A stretch of DNA of 42,172 nucleotides from a virus (Duplodnaviria > Caudoviricetes): the IMG/VR virus record IMGVR_UViG_3300023184_002373, positions 1 through 42,172 of that record; one strand, written 5' to 3'. Position numbers and translations under genes: made by a program. Each line of letters begins with the position of its first letter. The first letter of the stretch is position 1. The notes beneath the pieces were generated by a model. The model saw only the letters and a list, made by a program, of their open reading frames with translations, had not been told where the DNA came from and did not search any database. Shown here piece after piece: positions 17,656 through 26,484 of this stretch.

Positions 17656-17874
17656 ATGAAATTCAATATGCTAAATATCGCTGGTCTTTCCAGTGAAGAA
17701 GCCGTAATTTTTGGTGCAGGCGGTTCAGGTGGAGCAACTGGTGGCAGTCGTAAGAAGAGTGCCAAGCAGAAGAAAGCAGCACAGAAGAAAAAGAAGGCTG
17801 GAAAGCGTGGAGCAGTTCGCCGTAAGGCAAAGGCAGCACCTAAGAAAGCAAAGAAAAAGGCTCGTCGCCGATAA
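17656..17874 (+). CDS. Small Gly-rich, Lys/Arg-rich (histone/protamine-like) peptide
   Basis: AGGAG SD and its own downstream terminator; GAGGSGGATGG is followed by a K/R/A-rich tail. Confidence 0.75.
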   Translation: MKFNMLNIAGLSSEEAVIFGAGGSGGATGGSRKKSAKQKKAAQKKKKAGKRGAVRRKAKAAPKKAKKKARRR

Positions 17875-17905
17875 ATCTTTCTCTGTTAAAAGAGAAATTA
17901 GTAAT

Positions 17906-17933
17906 AGCCTCAGTCGCAAGACTGGGGCTTTTG
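17906..17933 (+). terminator. Intrinsic terminator (GCAA tetraloop)
   Basis: agcctcagtc-gcaa-gactggggct followed by ttt. Confidence 0.75.
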
Positions 17934-17990
17934 CTATTTATTAGGCTGTATGGTGTATAGTCTGCTATTCTTTCTGTTCGGAGGTTGACG

Positions 17991-19397
17991 GTGGCAAGCA
18001 ATAATTTGTTTAGGGAATCAGGCTCTACTGGCTTACGCCGTTCAGGTAATTATGTTTTAGAAGAGTTTTTGCCCCAATTACAAGGGTATAGGGCAATTCA
18101 GACCTACCGTGAGATGCGTGATAATGACCCTGTAGTTGGCGCTATTTTGTTTGCCATTGACAAACTAGTTCGCCAAGTTAAATGGCGTGTTCAGCCTGCA
18201 TCCTCTTCTTTGGAAGATGTCAAGGCTGCGAAGTTTGTTGAATCTTGCATGAGTGATATGTCAACTTCTTGGGAAGATTTGATTAGCGAAATCCTTTCCA
18301 TGCTTACATATGGCTGGTCTTACCACGAGATTGTGTATAAGCGCCGTGGTGGGCAAGATGCACCCGATAGCACTTCACGCTCTAAGCATGATGATGGGTA
18401 CATTGGTTGGAGAAAAATGCCAATTAGAGCGCAAGATACAAGGCAAGAATGGCGCTTTGATGAAAATGGTGGCATCACTTCAATGGTGCAGTCTTCTCCA
18501 CCTGATTACACTTTGCGTGACATCCCTATTGAAAAGGCTCTTTTGTTCCGTACTACATCGGATAAAAACAACCCTGAAGGTCGCTCAATCTTGCGTAACG
18601 CTTACCGACCTTGGTACTACAAGAAGCGCATTGAAGAAATTGAAGCAATCGGTATTGAGCGTGACCTTGCTGGATTTCCAGTTATGTATGTTGACCCTGA
18701 TATTATGCGAGCAGACTCTACTGCTGCTCAACAGGCGATCTTTGGCGACTACAAAGAAGCAATCATTAACATTCGCCGTGACCAACAAGAGGGGATGATT
18801 CTGCCGTCAATTTATGACGATAAAAACAACCTGATGTACAAGTTAGAACTTGTCTCTGCTGGTGGTTCACGGCAGTTTGATACCAACACGATTATTACAA
18901 GGTACGACCAAAGAATTGCTACTAGCGTTTTGGCTGACTTTATTCTCTTGGGTCAAGCGGCTAATGGTAGTTACGCTCTTTCTTCAGACAAAACCAACCT
19001 GTTTTCAATGTCTCTTAGGTGCTGGCTTGAAGTTATCCGTTCTACATTCAACGAACACGCCATTACTCGCTTGTTCAAGGTCAACGGTTTTGACATGACT
19101 AAGTTGCCAACTATGGAATACGGTGACATTGAGACTCCACCATTGGGCGATCTAGGTAACTACATTCAGGTTCTTGCTGGTGCTGGAGTGCCTTTGTTCC
19201 CTGACGATAATCTTGAAAACTATTTGCGTGGGTTGGCAAGTCTTCCTGAGAAGCGTGAAAGTGCCAAGGGTGATATGGCTACGGCTAAACCAACTGAGGC
19301 TACAGCACGACCTAAAAATGAAGCGGTGCAACAATCTCAACCAACTAAGCCACAAGAAACAGTAGGGAAAATTGCATCGCAGTTGAGCGAGGAATAG
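17991..19397 (+). CDS. Portal protein (DUF935 / Mu gp29-like)
   Basis: GGAGG SD and GTG start. Motifs YREMRDNDP, NPEGRSILRNAY, IGIERDLAG, IITRYDQRIA, GSYALS. First gene of the head module. Confidence 0.88.
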   Translation: MASNNLFRESGSTGLRRSGNYVLEEFLPQLQGYRAIQTYREMRDNDPVVGAILFAIDKLVRQVKWRVQPASSSLEDVKAAKFVESCMSDMSTSWEDLISEILSMLTYGWSYHEIVYKRRGGQDAPDSTSRSKHDDGYIGWRKMPIRAQDTRQEWRFDENGGITSMVQSSPPDYTLRDIPIEKALLFRTTSDKNNPEGRSILRNAYRPWYYKKRIEEIEAIGIERDLAGFPVMYVDPDIMRADSTAAQQAIFGDYKEAIINIRRDQQEGMILPSIYDDKNNLMYKLELVSAGGSRQFDTNTIITRYDQRIATSVLADFILLGQAANGSYALSSDKTNLFSMSLRCWLEVIRSTFNEHAITRLFKVNGFDMTKLPTMEYGDIETPPLGDLGNYIQVLAGAGVPLFPDDNLENYLRGLASLPEKRESAKGDMATAKPTEATARPKNEAVQQSQPTKPQETVGKIASQLSEE

Positions 19398-19400
19398 CCC

Positions 19401-22373
19401 ATGCCTGTAAAGGGAATTCGTGGCAATAAACTTGCTCAAGAAATTTTGCGTTTATCAGACCAACTTGAAGGTCAGTTCAGGCGTGATTTTCTTGATGAAG
19501 TTTCTGCCTATGCAAACAACTCTGTTCTTAAAAAACTACTGAATGACATTGATTCGGGAAAGTTCACTTCAACAAGTTCAGTAAGTACGGCTCTTGAAAA
19601 AGTTGTGTTTGCTTCTGATCGTTTGGATGCAATAGCAAGAAAAGCAATGGGTAAATCTGCTCGCATTAGTGGAAAAGTAACGCTTGGTTTTGAACCAAGT
19701 TTTAATGTAATCAATCCCGAAGTTATTTCTGTTGCTCGCACCATGTCAATAAATCTTTCAACAGCATTGAACAAGTCAACCAAAGAAATCTTGCGTAAAA
19801 TTATTCAAGATGCAGTTGAGGGAAATTTAACTGTAATTCAAGCGTCACGAAAAATTCGTAACCATGTGGGTTTGCTTCCTGCACACTCAGATGCAGTTGA
19901 CAGGTATTACGAAACTCTTGTTCAAAGTGGTGCTAAAGTAAAGATAGCACAACAGCAGGCTGACGCTTATGCTCAACGATTGTTGAAGTATCGTAGCGAA
20001 ACTATTGCTAGAACTGAAGTTGCTCGTGCAGTTGGCGAAGGTCAAACAGCAATGTGGAAGCAAATGATTCAAGACGGATACCTCCCTACTGATGCAAAGC
20101 GTGTTTGGATTACGCATATTGACGAGAGAACCTGCCCAATTTGTGAACCGATGAATGGTGTTGAGACAGATGTTTATGGTAGTTGGGATACCCCTAACGG
20201 TTTTGTGATGTATCCATCGGCAACTCATCCTAATTGCCGTTGTAGTTCGGGTATTGTTATGCCAAAGGCTTCTAGGAGCAAGATTGGCAAGACAAGTGAA
20301 CTTGAACTCAGTCAATGGTTGCTGTCTAAATACAACACCAACCATGACGAACTCGGAAGATTTGCAAGTAGCCCTGAAGGTGTAAGAAGAGGAAATGTAA
20401 CATCAAACCACAAAAAAATTGAAGTTATGAACGCTGCAAGAGCGCCACAAGATTGGAATAATACAAGGTTCAATGTTGTTCCTATAATTGCAGAGGACTT
20501 GCAAGGTTTTGAAGATGTATTAAACAATGAACCATCAGCAGAAAATAAAAAAGTTGCATCAAGAGGGCCTAAAGGAACAAAAGTTGGAACAGATGGTCTA
20601 CCAATTATGCTCTCTGAAAAAATGGCTAATGAAAAATATGGTTCAACTATTGACGAAGTGATGCAACATATTGCAGATAATCATGGCATAGATATTGCTT
20701 ATGATGACAGAGACCCACAATATGAAGCAACAGACAAGCGTGTTCTTCAAGGTTGCGCTCAATTTTTTGATGACGCTAGTGCGTCAGGAATTGACCTTGA
20801 AGGAGATATTAGCGAAGTAGTTTTTACAAATGGTGCAAGCAATAGGTACATTGGCGCTTATTGGACATATGACAAGCATATTGAGATTTACACTGACAAA
20901 GTTCACGAAATGAAAAACAGAATGGGTAGAGAGTATCTTGGTGGAAACCCACAACTAGTTGCCGATGCTTTTGGTCAAACTCTTGGTAAAAAATACAATG
21001 CAGATCAAATTGCAAATGGCGCTTTAGATTCGGCAAATGGTTATGCAATTATGTCACATGAGTCTGCACACGCAGTTGACTATAAGGAAACAAACCTTAC
21101 TGCCAAAGCAACAACAAAATTGAGGGCATTGCTAAAGCAAAATTTTGAATCAAAACTAAAAGAAAGTCCAGCAACATTTACTCCTGAAGAAGTCACTAGG
21201 TATAAAAAAGACCCACTTGAAGCATTGAATCGGTTTGGAGCAGACGGCTATAACATTAGATACGAAGACGGAACTGTTTGGGTAAAACAAAGCGCTTACT
21301 CAGAAGGAAAACAGACTCGTGAGATGAGCGCAACAAGTTCACAGTATGCAAGGTTTAGAAAAAATCCAACAACTGCTGTTAGTGAGTATTCAAGAACTAA
21401 TAGCCGTGAACTTTTTGCAGAAAACTTTTCTGCATGGTTTCTTTTATCAAAAGCAAAATCAAAATCGGCATCGGAATACTATAAGAGAAATGTCAGTGGT
21501 ATCGCTTATACAGTTGCCGTATCTGATGGGATTATGAAACAAGAGCAATATGCCGTTTATGATTCAACAGACATATTCTCTATCAATCACCCTGTCGGTA
21601 TATTTATTTTGAGTCAAACAGATTCAAGCCAAGAAGATGTTGAAAAAGCAAACCCTAACCATGATGAAATAGGTAGGTTCGCTACTGGCTCAGGAACTAG
21701 AAGTTCAAGTCTCCCCAAAAAACCAAAAGTTAAACGCAAAGCAAAAGTTCCGTCAAGCACTGAGTATAACAATATGTCTGATAGCGATTACTTCAAACTC
21801 GCTGAAGCGCAATCAAAAATTGATATGACAGTGGAAGAGCGAACTACTGTAAGAAGTTACGCTGGCATGGATTATGAAAATATAAATCAGTATCTGCGTG
21901 GAACTTTTGTTGGTTTTACAACATCTCCTAAAGCGGCTGAACTGTTCAGGGAAAGAACAGAATCTGATGCAAAAGAAATGACAGATTTGTATGACAAAAT
22001 ATCTGTTCCTCTTGAAGAAAACACAACTGTTTTTAGGGGAATAAGTGTTCCTAAAAGTAAAAAGTTTAAGGTTGGTTCTAAATTTACAGACAAAGGTTTT
22101 TCTTCAACATCAACATCTCCTATTGAAGCGTCTTCTTTTGCTACTGGTCGTACTGATAACGGAGATGACGGTGTAGTTAGAAGTTCAGTTCTTTTAGAAA
22201 TAAGAATTCCAAAAGGTCGTAAAGTTTTGCCAATGGGTAAAAGACTCTCCTCTTACCACGATGAAAACGAAATACTTTTGAAGAACAGCACAAAGTTCAT
22301 GGTTGTTGAAATCAAGAAAACCCCAAATGATAAAATTAAAGAGCGAGTTGTCGTAGAAGTTGTAGGAGATTAA
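19401..22373 (+). CDS. MuF/gpF-like minor head polyprotein: MuF + zincin-like metallopeptidase + C-terminal ADP-ribosyltransferase
   Basis: MuF: RSETIARTE, W...DERTCPIC, HPNCRC. Zincin: HESAHAVD...VSEYS...RELFAENF. ART R-S-E triad: INQYLRG, VFRGI, FSSTS, ENEILL. Confidence 0.85.
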   Translation: MPVKGIRGNKLAQEILRLSDQLEGQFRRDFLDEVSAYANNSVLKKLLNDIDSGKFTSTSSVSTALEKVVFASDRLDAIARKAMGKSARISGKVTLGFEPSFNVINPEVISVARTMSINLSTALNKSTKEILRKIIQDAVEGNLTVIQASRKIRNHVGLLPAHSDAVDRYYETLVQSGAKVKIAQQQADAYAQRLLKYRSETIARTEVARAVGEGQTAMWKQMIQDGYLPTDAKRVWITHIDERTCPICEPMNGVETDVYGSWDTPNGFVMYPSATHPNCRCSSGIVMPKASRSKIGKTSELELSQWLLSKYNTNHDELGRFASSPEGVRRGNVTSNHKKIEVMNAARAPQDWNNTRFNVVPIIAEDLQGFEDVLNNEPSAENKKVASRGPKGTKVGTDGLPIMLSEKMANEKYGSTIDEVMQHIADNHGIDIAYDDRDPQYEATDKRVLQGCAQFFDDASASGIDLEGDISEVVFTNGASNRYIGAYWTYDKHIEIYTDKVHEMKNRMGREYLGGNPQLVADAFGQTLGKKYNADQIANGALDSANGYAIMSHESAHAVDYKETNLTAKATTKLRALLKQNFESKLKESPATFTPEEVTRYKKDPLEALNRFGADGYNIRYEDGTVWVKQSAYSEGKQTREMSATSSQYARFRKNPTTAVSEYSRTNSRELFAENFSAWFLLSKAKSKSASEYYKRNVSGIAYTVAVSDGIMKQEQYAVYDSTDIFSINHPVGIFILSQTDSSQEDVEKANPNHDEIGRFATGSGTRSSSLPKKPKVKRKAKVPSSTEYNNMSDSDYFKLAEAQSKIDMTVEERTTVRSYAGMDYENINQYLRGTFVGFTTSPKAAELFRERTESDAKEMTDLYDKISVPLEENTTVFRGISVPKSKKFKVGSKFTDKGFSSTSTSPIEASSFATGRTDNGDDGVVRSSVLLEIRIPKGRKVLPMGKRLSSYHDENEILLKNSTKFMVVEIKKTPNDKIKERVVVEVVGD

Positions 22374-22375
22374 AC

Positions 22376-22468
22376 ATGAATAAATTTGTAGGAAACTGGG
22401 AAGACCTTGAATGGGATGAAGAGCCTGAAGATGAAGAAGTTATTGATGAAGAAAAAAGTAATCAATAA
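22376..22468 (+). CDS. 30-aa acidic peptide directly after the ART (absent from ORF track)
   Basis: Strong AGGAG SD; MNKFVGNWEDLEWDEEPEDEEVIDEEKSNQ. Confidence 0.6.
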   Translation: MNKFVGNWEDLEWDEEPEDEEVIDEEKSNQ

Positions 22469-22496
22469 TATCGTTACTCCCTAACGACACTTAAAA

Positions 22497-22525
22497 TTGA
22501 ATTTGCCCCAACAAGGTGGCAGACT
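22497..22525 (+). promoter_or_regulatory. Putative promoter for the leaderless gene at 22532
   Basis: TTGAAT-N17-CAGACT with TGn, ending 6 nt before the ATG. Confidence 0.4.
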
Positions 22526-22531
22526 GTTCAG

Positions 22532-22774
22532 ATGAAAAACACTCTTGTTCATATAACTTGGCACGATGCCCATGCAGTTTCAGGCTCGGCGTGGATGGAA
22601 ATATCAGACATTGAACAAGATGACCCATGCGTAGTTGAATCAGTTGGCTTTTTACTCGCAGAAACTAAAAAGGGGCATTTGGTTATCGCTCAATCGTATA
22701 ATTCTGAAGGTTGTTACGATCACATCATTGCCATTCCAGTTGCAATGGTGGTCAACACTCGTATTTTGTCATAA
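22532..22774 (+). CDS. Hypothetical phage protein (VxWxDA...SVGFL family)
   Basis: LVHITWHDAH...VESVGFLL...IAQS...IPVAMV. Confidence 0.7.
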   Translation: MKNTLVHITWHDAHAVSGSAWMEISDIEQDDPCVVESVGFLLAETKKGHLVIAQSYNSEGCYDHIIAIPVAMVVNTRILS

Positions 22775-22814
22775 CGCTTTCTTATTGAAAGTTCTTGTTC
22801 TATACTCTGTCAGT

Positions 22815-24074
22815 ATGCCTGCCATTGCAAACGGAACTATCGTCAAACTTGACGAAGAAAAGCGCTTGGTCTTTGGTTGGGCATCAATTATTAAAGATGT
22901 CTATGGCAAAGTTTTGCTTGATCGCCAAGAGGACTTCATTGATTCGGAAGACGAACTAGAAAAGTCTGCATACGATTATGTATTGAAGTCACGAGATGGT
23001 GGCGAGATGCATATTCGCAAGGGTGTTTCTACCATGATTGAGTCCGTAGTGCTGTCAGAAGAGAAGCAGAAGGCACTGGGGATACCTGCTGGAGTTGTTC
23101 CTATCGGTTGGTGGGTTGGGTTCAAGGTCACTGACAGCCGTGTTTGGGGAGAAGTCAAAAAGGGTGGATATATAGGCTTTTCTGTGCATGGTACTGGCAA
23201 GCGAAATCCTACAGAGATAGCCCTTGCCGACATTACTGAACTTGAAAAAGGTTGCGATTGCGAAGGTGCAGAACTCAGCGATTCGGTGTCCACAACGCCT
23301 CAGTTTGACAGCAAGTATTGGGAAATAATGCGTAAGTCTGTTGAATTCAACACGAAGAGCGCAATTGAAAAGTCAAAAAAGAAGAAGCCAAAGAACAAAG
23401 TTGCAACTGTCATGCGTGAGTTCAATGCTGGCAAGTTGAAGTCATTCCAAGGTGGCAAAGTTAAGTCTCGCAAGCAGGCTCTTGCCATTGCACTGTCTGA
23501 ACAACGCAGGCAGAAGATGAAAAAGGATGACTCAAAGGTAGCCGATATCTTGAAGGTGCTTTTGGCAGACTCCGTATCTGTGTATCACGAAGCACATGGA
23601 TTCCATTGGAATGTTAAAGGGCAAGACTTTTCGCAATACCACTCACTTTTTGAACAAATTTATACCGATATCTATGGTTCAATTGATGCAATTGCAGAGA
23701 ACATTTTGAAGATGGGCAACGATGCACCATTCCAGTTGTCTCAATTTGTGACGATGCGATCAATTCCTGAAACAAATCCTGCTGACAACCCAATGGCAAT
23801 GGCAAAAGAGTTGCTTGATGCTTTAGGAAGTTTGATTGAAACGCTGAATGACGCTTTCACCATTGCCACAGAAGAAAACCAACAGGGTGTTGCAAACTTT
23901 ATTGCAGAAAGAATTGACTCTACTCAAAAGTGGATGTGGCAGTTGCGTGTTTCACTAGTAGTTCAAAAAGGCGATACTCCTGGCCATGATTTCCGTGGAA
24001 TCAGTGGACTAGGGGCAGAGGTGCTGGTGCTAACGCTAGTAAAAAAAAAGCCTAATCAGGTCTCCAAAAAATAA
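22815..24074 (+). CDS. XkdF-like prohead serine protease core fused to DUF6496-like and Dps (ferritin-like) domains; 3' end frameshifted
   Basis: Protease core: KLDEEKRLVFGWAS..DRQEDFI..LEKSAY..GEMH..GWWVGFKV..GFSVHG. DUF6496-like: KVATVMREFNAGKLKS..SRKQALAIALSE. Dps: HGFHWNVKG..HSLFEQIY..DAIAE. Confidence 0.8.
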   Translation: MPAIANGTIVKLDEEKRLVFGWASIIKDVYGKVLLDRQEDFIDSEDELEKSAYDYVLKSRDGGEMHIRKGVSTMIESVVLSEEKQKALGIPAGVVPIGWWVGFKVTDSRVWGEVKKGGYIGFSVHGTGKRNPTEIALADITELEKGCDCEGAELSDSVSTTPQFDSKYWEIMRKSVEFNTKSAIEKSKKKKPKNKVATVMREFNAGKLKSFQGGKVKSRKQALAIALSEQRRQKMKKDDSKVADILKVLLADSVSVYHEAHGFHWNVKGQDFSQYHSLFEQIYTDIYGSIDAIAENILKMGNDAPFQLSQFVTMRSIPETNPADNPMAMAKELLDALGSLIETLNDAFTIATEENQQGVANFIAERIDSTQKWMWQLRVSLVVQKGDTPGHDFRGISGLGAEVLVLTLVKKKPNQVSKK

Positions 24075-24138
24075 AGATATAAAAGCAAAGTCAGTTGAAG
24101 AAGGCGTAAGGCGAATTCTTGCTGGAGAGAATGTTGAA

Positions 24139-24780
24139 ATGCCTGATATTGAAGGCGCACATACTCTTATTAAAAAACTTGCTGACATGGCACAAGACGC
24201 AAAAAAGCGTGGAGATAAACCAATTAAGTATGATTTGTGCAAAGTCGCTGTTGCTGGCACTAATGGTTTTTGTGGTGGTAACAAAGGTATTCCTCGTGAT
24301 GCCATGCCACAGGCTAAAGGTGAAGTTGTTAAAGGTTCTCAGGCAGAAAAATTGCTTGCCAAACAAAACAAAGACCGTGTTGAGCGAGGTAAAAAACCTA
24401 CTACTGAAGTTGACGGAACTAAAGAATTTCTTGCTTACATGGAAAAGGCTGGAATTAAGCAGAGTAAGCCAACAAAAATGCGTTCAGATAAACTAAAGGC
24501 TACTCAAAGAGATATGAATGGCGAAAAAGTTGGTGGCATGATGACATCAAAAGATTTTGATTCTTCTAAAGAGCCAATCTTTGTTTCTAAAGACGGATAT
24601 GTTGTTGACGGACACCATCGTTGGGCTGCAACTCTTGGAAAAGATATGGCTGACGGAAAATTAGGTAACAATCACAAAATGAGCGTTATTGTTCTTGATG
24701 CTCCAATCAGTAGAATTCTTAAAGAAGCAAATGCTTGGACTGACTCTTTTGGTATCAAGCGTAAAACGGTAGGAAAATAA
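24139..24780 (+). CDS. ParB/Srx-like domain protein (frame open from 24043; likely the C-terminal module of the preceding polyprotein)
   Basis: GIPRDAMPQ...LKATQ...IFVSKDGYVVDGHHRWAA. Confidence 0.7.
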   Translation: MPDIEGAHTLIKKLADMAQDAKKRGDKPIKYDLCKVAVAGTNGFCGGNKGIPRDAMPQAKGEVVKGSQAEKLLAKQNKDRVERGKKPTTEVDGTKEFLAYMEKAGIKQSKPTKMRSDKLKATQRDMNGEKVGGMMTSKDFDSSKEPIFVSKDGYVVDGHHRWAATLGKDMADGKLGNNHKMSVIVLDAPISRILKEANAWTDSFGIKRKTVGK

Positions 24781-24782
24781 TC

Positions 24783-25202
24783 ATGTCTAAGTCAAGTGGT
24801 GGTCTTTCTCAGTGGTTCAAAGAAGAATGGGTTGACTTGTCACGCCCTAAAAAAGATGGTGGGTATGAACCTTGTGGCAGAAAAGATGCAACTAAAGGAG
24901 ACTACCCGAAGTGTGTTCCTGCATCTAAAGCATCAAGAATGAGTCTCCAAGATATTTCATCTGCAATTAGGCGAAAGCGCAAAGCAGAGTCAACTACAAC
25001 TAGGCAGGATAAGAAACCAAACATGGTTAGCACAATCAAAAAAGAGTCAAAGAATGTTCCTTCTAACCCAAAACTTTATGCTCGTGTAAAAGCGGCAGCC
25101 AAAGCAAAGTTTGATGTGTACCCCTCTGCATATGCTAATGGTTGGCTAGTTCAGGAATACAAACGCCGTGGTGGTAAATACAAGTCGGTGAGTCGTGGCT
25201 GA
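24783..25202 (+). CDS. Basic two-module head protein (DUF5872-like)
   Basis: LSQWFKEEWVD..CGR..YPKCVP and NPKLYARVK..PSAYANGWLVQEYKRRGGKY. Confidence 0.7.
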   Translation: MSKSSGGLSQWFKEEWVDLSRPKKDGGYEPCGRKDATKGDYPKCVPASKASRMSLQDISSAIRRKRKAESTTTRQDKKPNMVSTIKKESKNVPSNPKLYARVKAAAKAKFDVYPSAYANGWLVQEYKRRGGKYKSVSRG

Positions 25203-26481
25203 TAAGAAACCACTTAAAGACCCTAAAGGTGGACTCACTGCTGCTGGTCGTGCGAAGTACAAGCGTGAGACTGGTTCTAATCTAAAGGCTGGTGTCAAAG
25301 GTGCAGCCGACACTCCACAAAAGATGCGCCGTAAAGGTTCGTTTCTGACTAGGTTCTTCACTAACCCTTCAGGCCCAATGGTTAAGCCAAACGGAGAACC
25401 AAGTCGTTTAGCGCTATCGGCACACGCTTGGGGCGAGCCAGTTCCTAAGAATCGTAGTGACGCTGCGAAGTTGGCTGCAAAGGGCAGGCGATTGCTTGAC
25501 CGTTACGAGAAAATCAAAAAATACAACACCAACCATGACAACTTGGGGCGCTTCTCTAGTTCAGGTGGTTCTATTGTAAATACGATTGATGCGAACTCAA
25601 GAATTGTTACTGGTAAAGACGGAATCCCGATGAAGATGGGTACTCCTAGCGCAGAACTAGCACAGTTTCATGGTATTCACAAAAACTGGCAAACTGTCCG
25701 TGCAATTGCTCCTTCTAGGCGTGAAAAAATTGCCAAGATTTACGAAAGCACTCCTAGCGCAATTACACCCGAAGCAAAAGGTTCTTGGGATTACACTGCT
25801 AGGGAGATTGATAAGCAATACGAAACTTTGACCAAAAAACTTGGCGTTAAAGTGGAGTTTGTTAACGAAGACCCATATTCAGATTTTTTTGCTATGGCAA
25901 AAGATTTTAGAGAAAACAAGCGCCTAAAAGTTTTGAAGACCGAAGCAACTGGTGGGCATCCGTATTGGAGTAATTCAACTAACGATAAGTTTCGTGCTGT
26001 GCATGATGCTTGGGGTCATCTTGCAACAGGTCGTGGATTTGATCGTCATGGTGAAGAGGCTGCATATCAAGCCCATAAGTCAATGTTTAAGCCTGAAGCG
26101 TATCCATGCTTGGCAACAGAACTAAGAGCGCAGAACGCTTATCTAATTCAGCGTGGAAAATTTGGAGATCAGAAGGTTCTGATATTGCCTGAATCTTTAC
26201 AAAAGGCTATTGTTGTAGGCATGATTGCAAAAGCGAGTTCAATTAACGCAGCACAGCATCAGTCTGATTTAGACAACCTCACACATATTGGTGGAACACA
26301 CCATGCTTCTAACGGAAGAAATTTTACAAAGAAAGTTTCTAAAGAAGAGCCAACTTCAAGCGCTGTTCATCAAGACACAATTATGAACAACCAAAAAAGA
26401 AGTCGCAAGCGTAAGAAAAAATCAGTGATGCTTTCTAATGTTGTAGTTAAAACTAAAAAGTTAAAAAACCAAGTTAAGTAA
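25195..26481 (+). CDS. Head polyprotein: DUF6321-like basic domain + tag + FRAVHDxxGH (metallopeptidase-like) domain
   Basis: KDPKGGLTAAGRAKY..NLK..RKGSF; YNTNHDNLGRF; NDKFRAVHDAWGH..GEEAAY..ATELRAQN. Confidence 0.7.
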   Translation: MADKKPLKDPKGGLTAAGRAKYKRETGSNLKAGVKGAADTPQKMRRKGSFLTRFFTNPSGPMVKPNGEPSRLALSAHAWGEPVPKNRSDAAKLAAKGRRLLDRYEKIKKYNTNHDNLGRFSSSGGSIVNTIDANSRIVTGKDGIPMKMGTPSAELAQFHGIHKNWQTVRAIAPSRREKIAKIYESTPSAITPEAKGSWDYTAREIDKQYETLTKKLGVKVEFVNEDPYSDFFAMAKDFRENKRLKVLKTEATGGHPYWSNSTNDKFRAVHDAWGHLATGRGFDRHGEEAAYQAHKSMFKPEAYPCLATELRAQNAYLIQRGKFGDQKVLILPESLQKAIVVGMIAKASSINAAQHQSDLDNLTHIGGTHHASNGRNFTKKVSKEEPTSSAVHQDTIMNNQKRSRKRKKKSVMLSNVVVKTKKLKNQVK

Positions 26482-26484
26482 GTC

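Noticed and set aside
22635-22814. N-terminal extension of the protease ORF as given in the track
   Set aside because: It overlaps gene 22532..22774 and has no protease similarity. ATG 22815 fits the domain start and the upstream TATACT.
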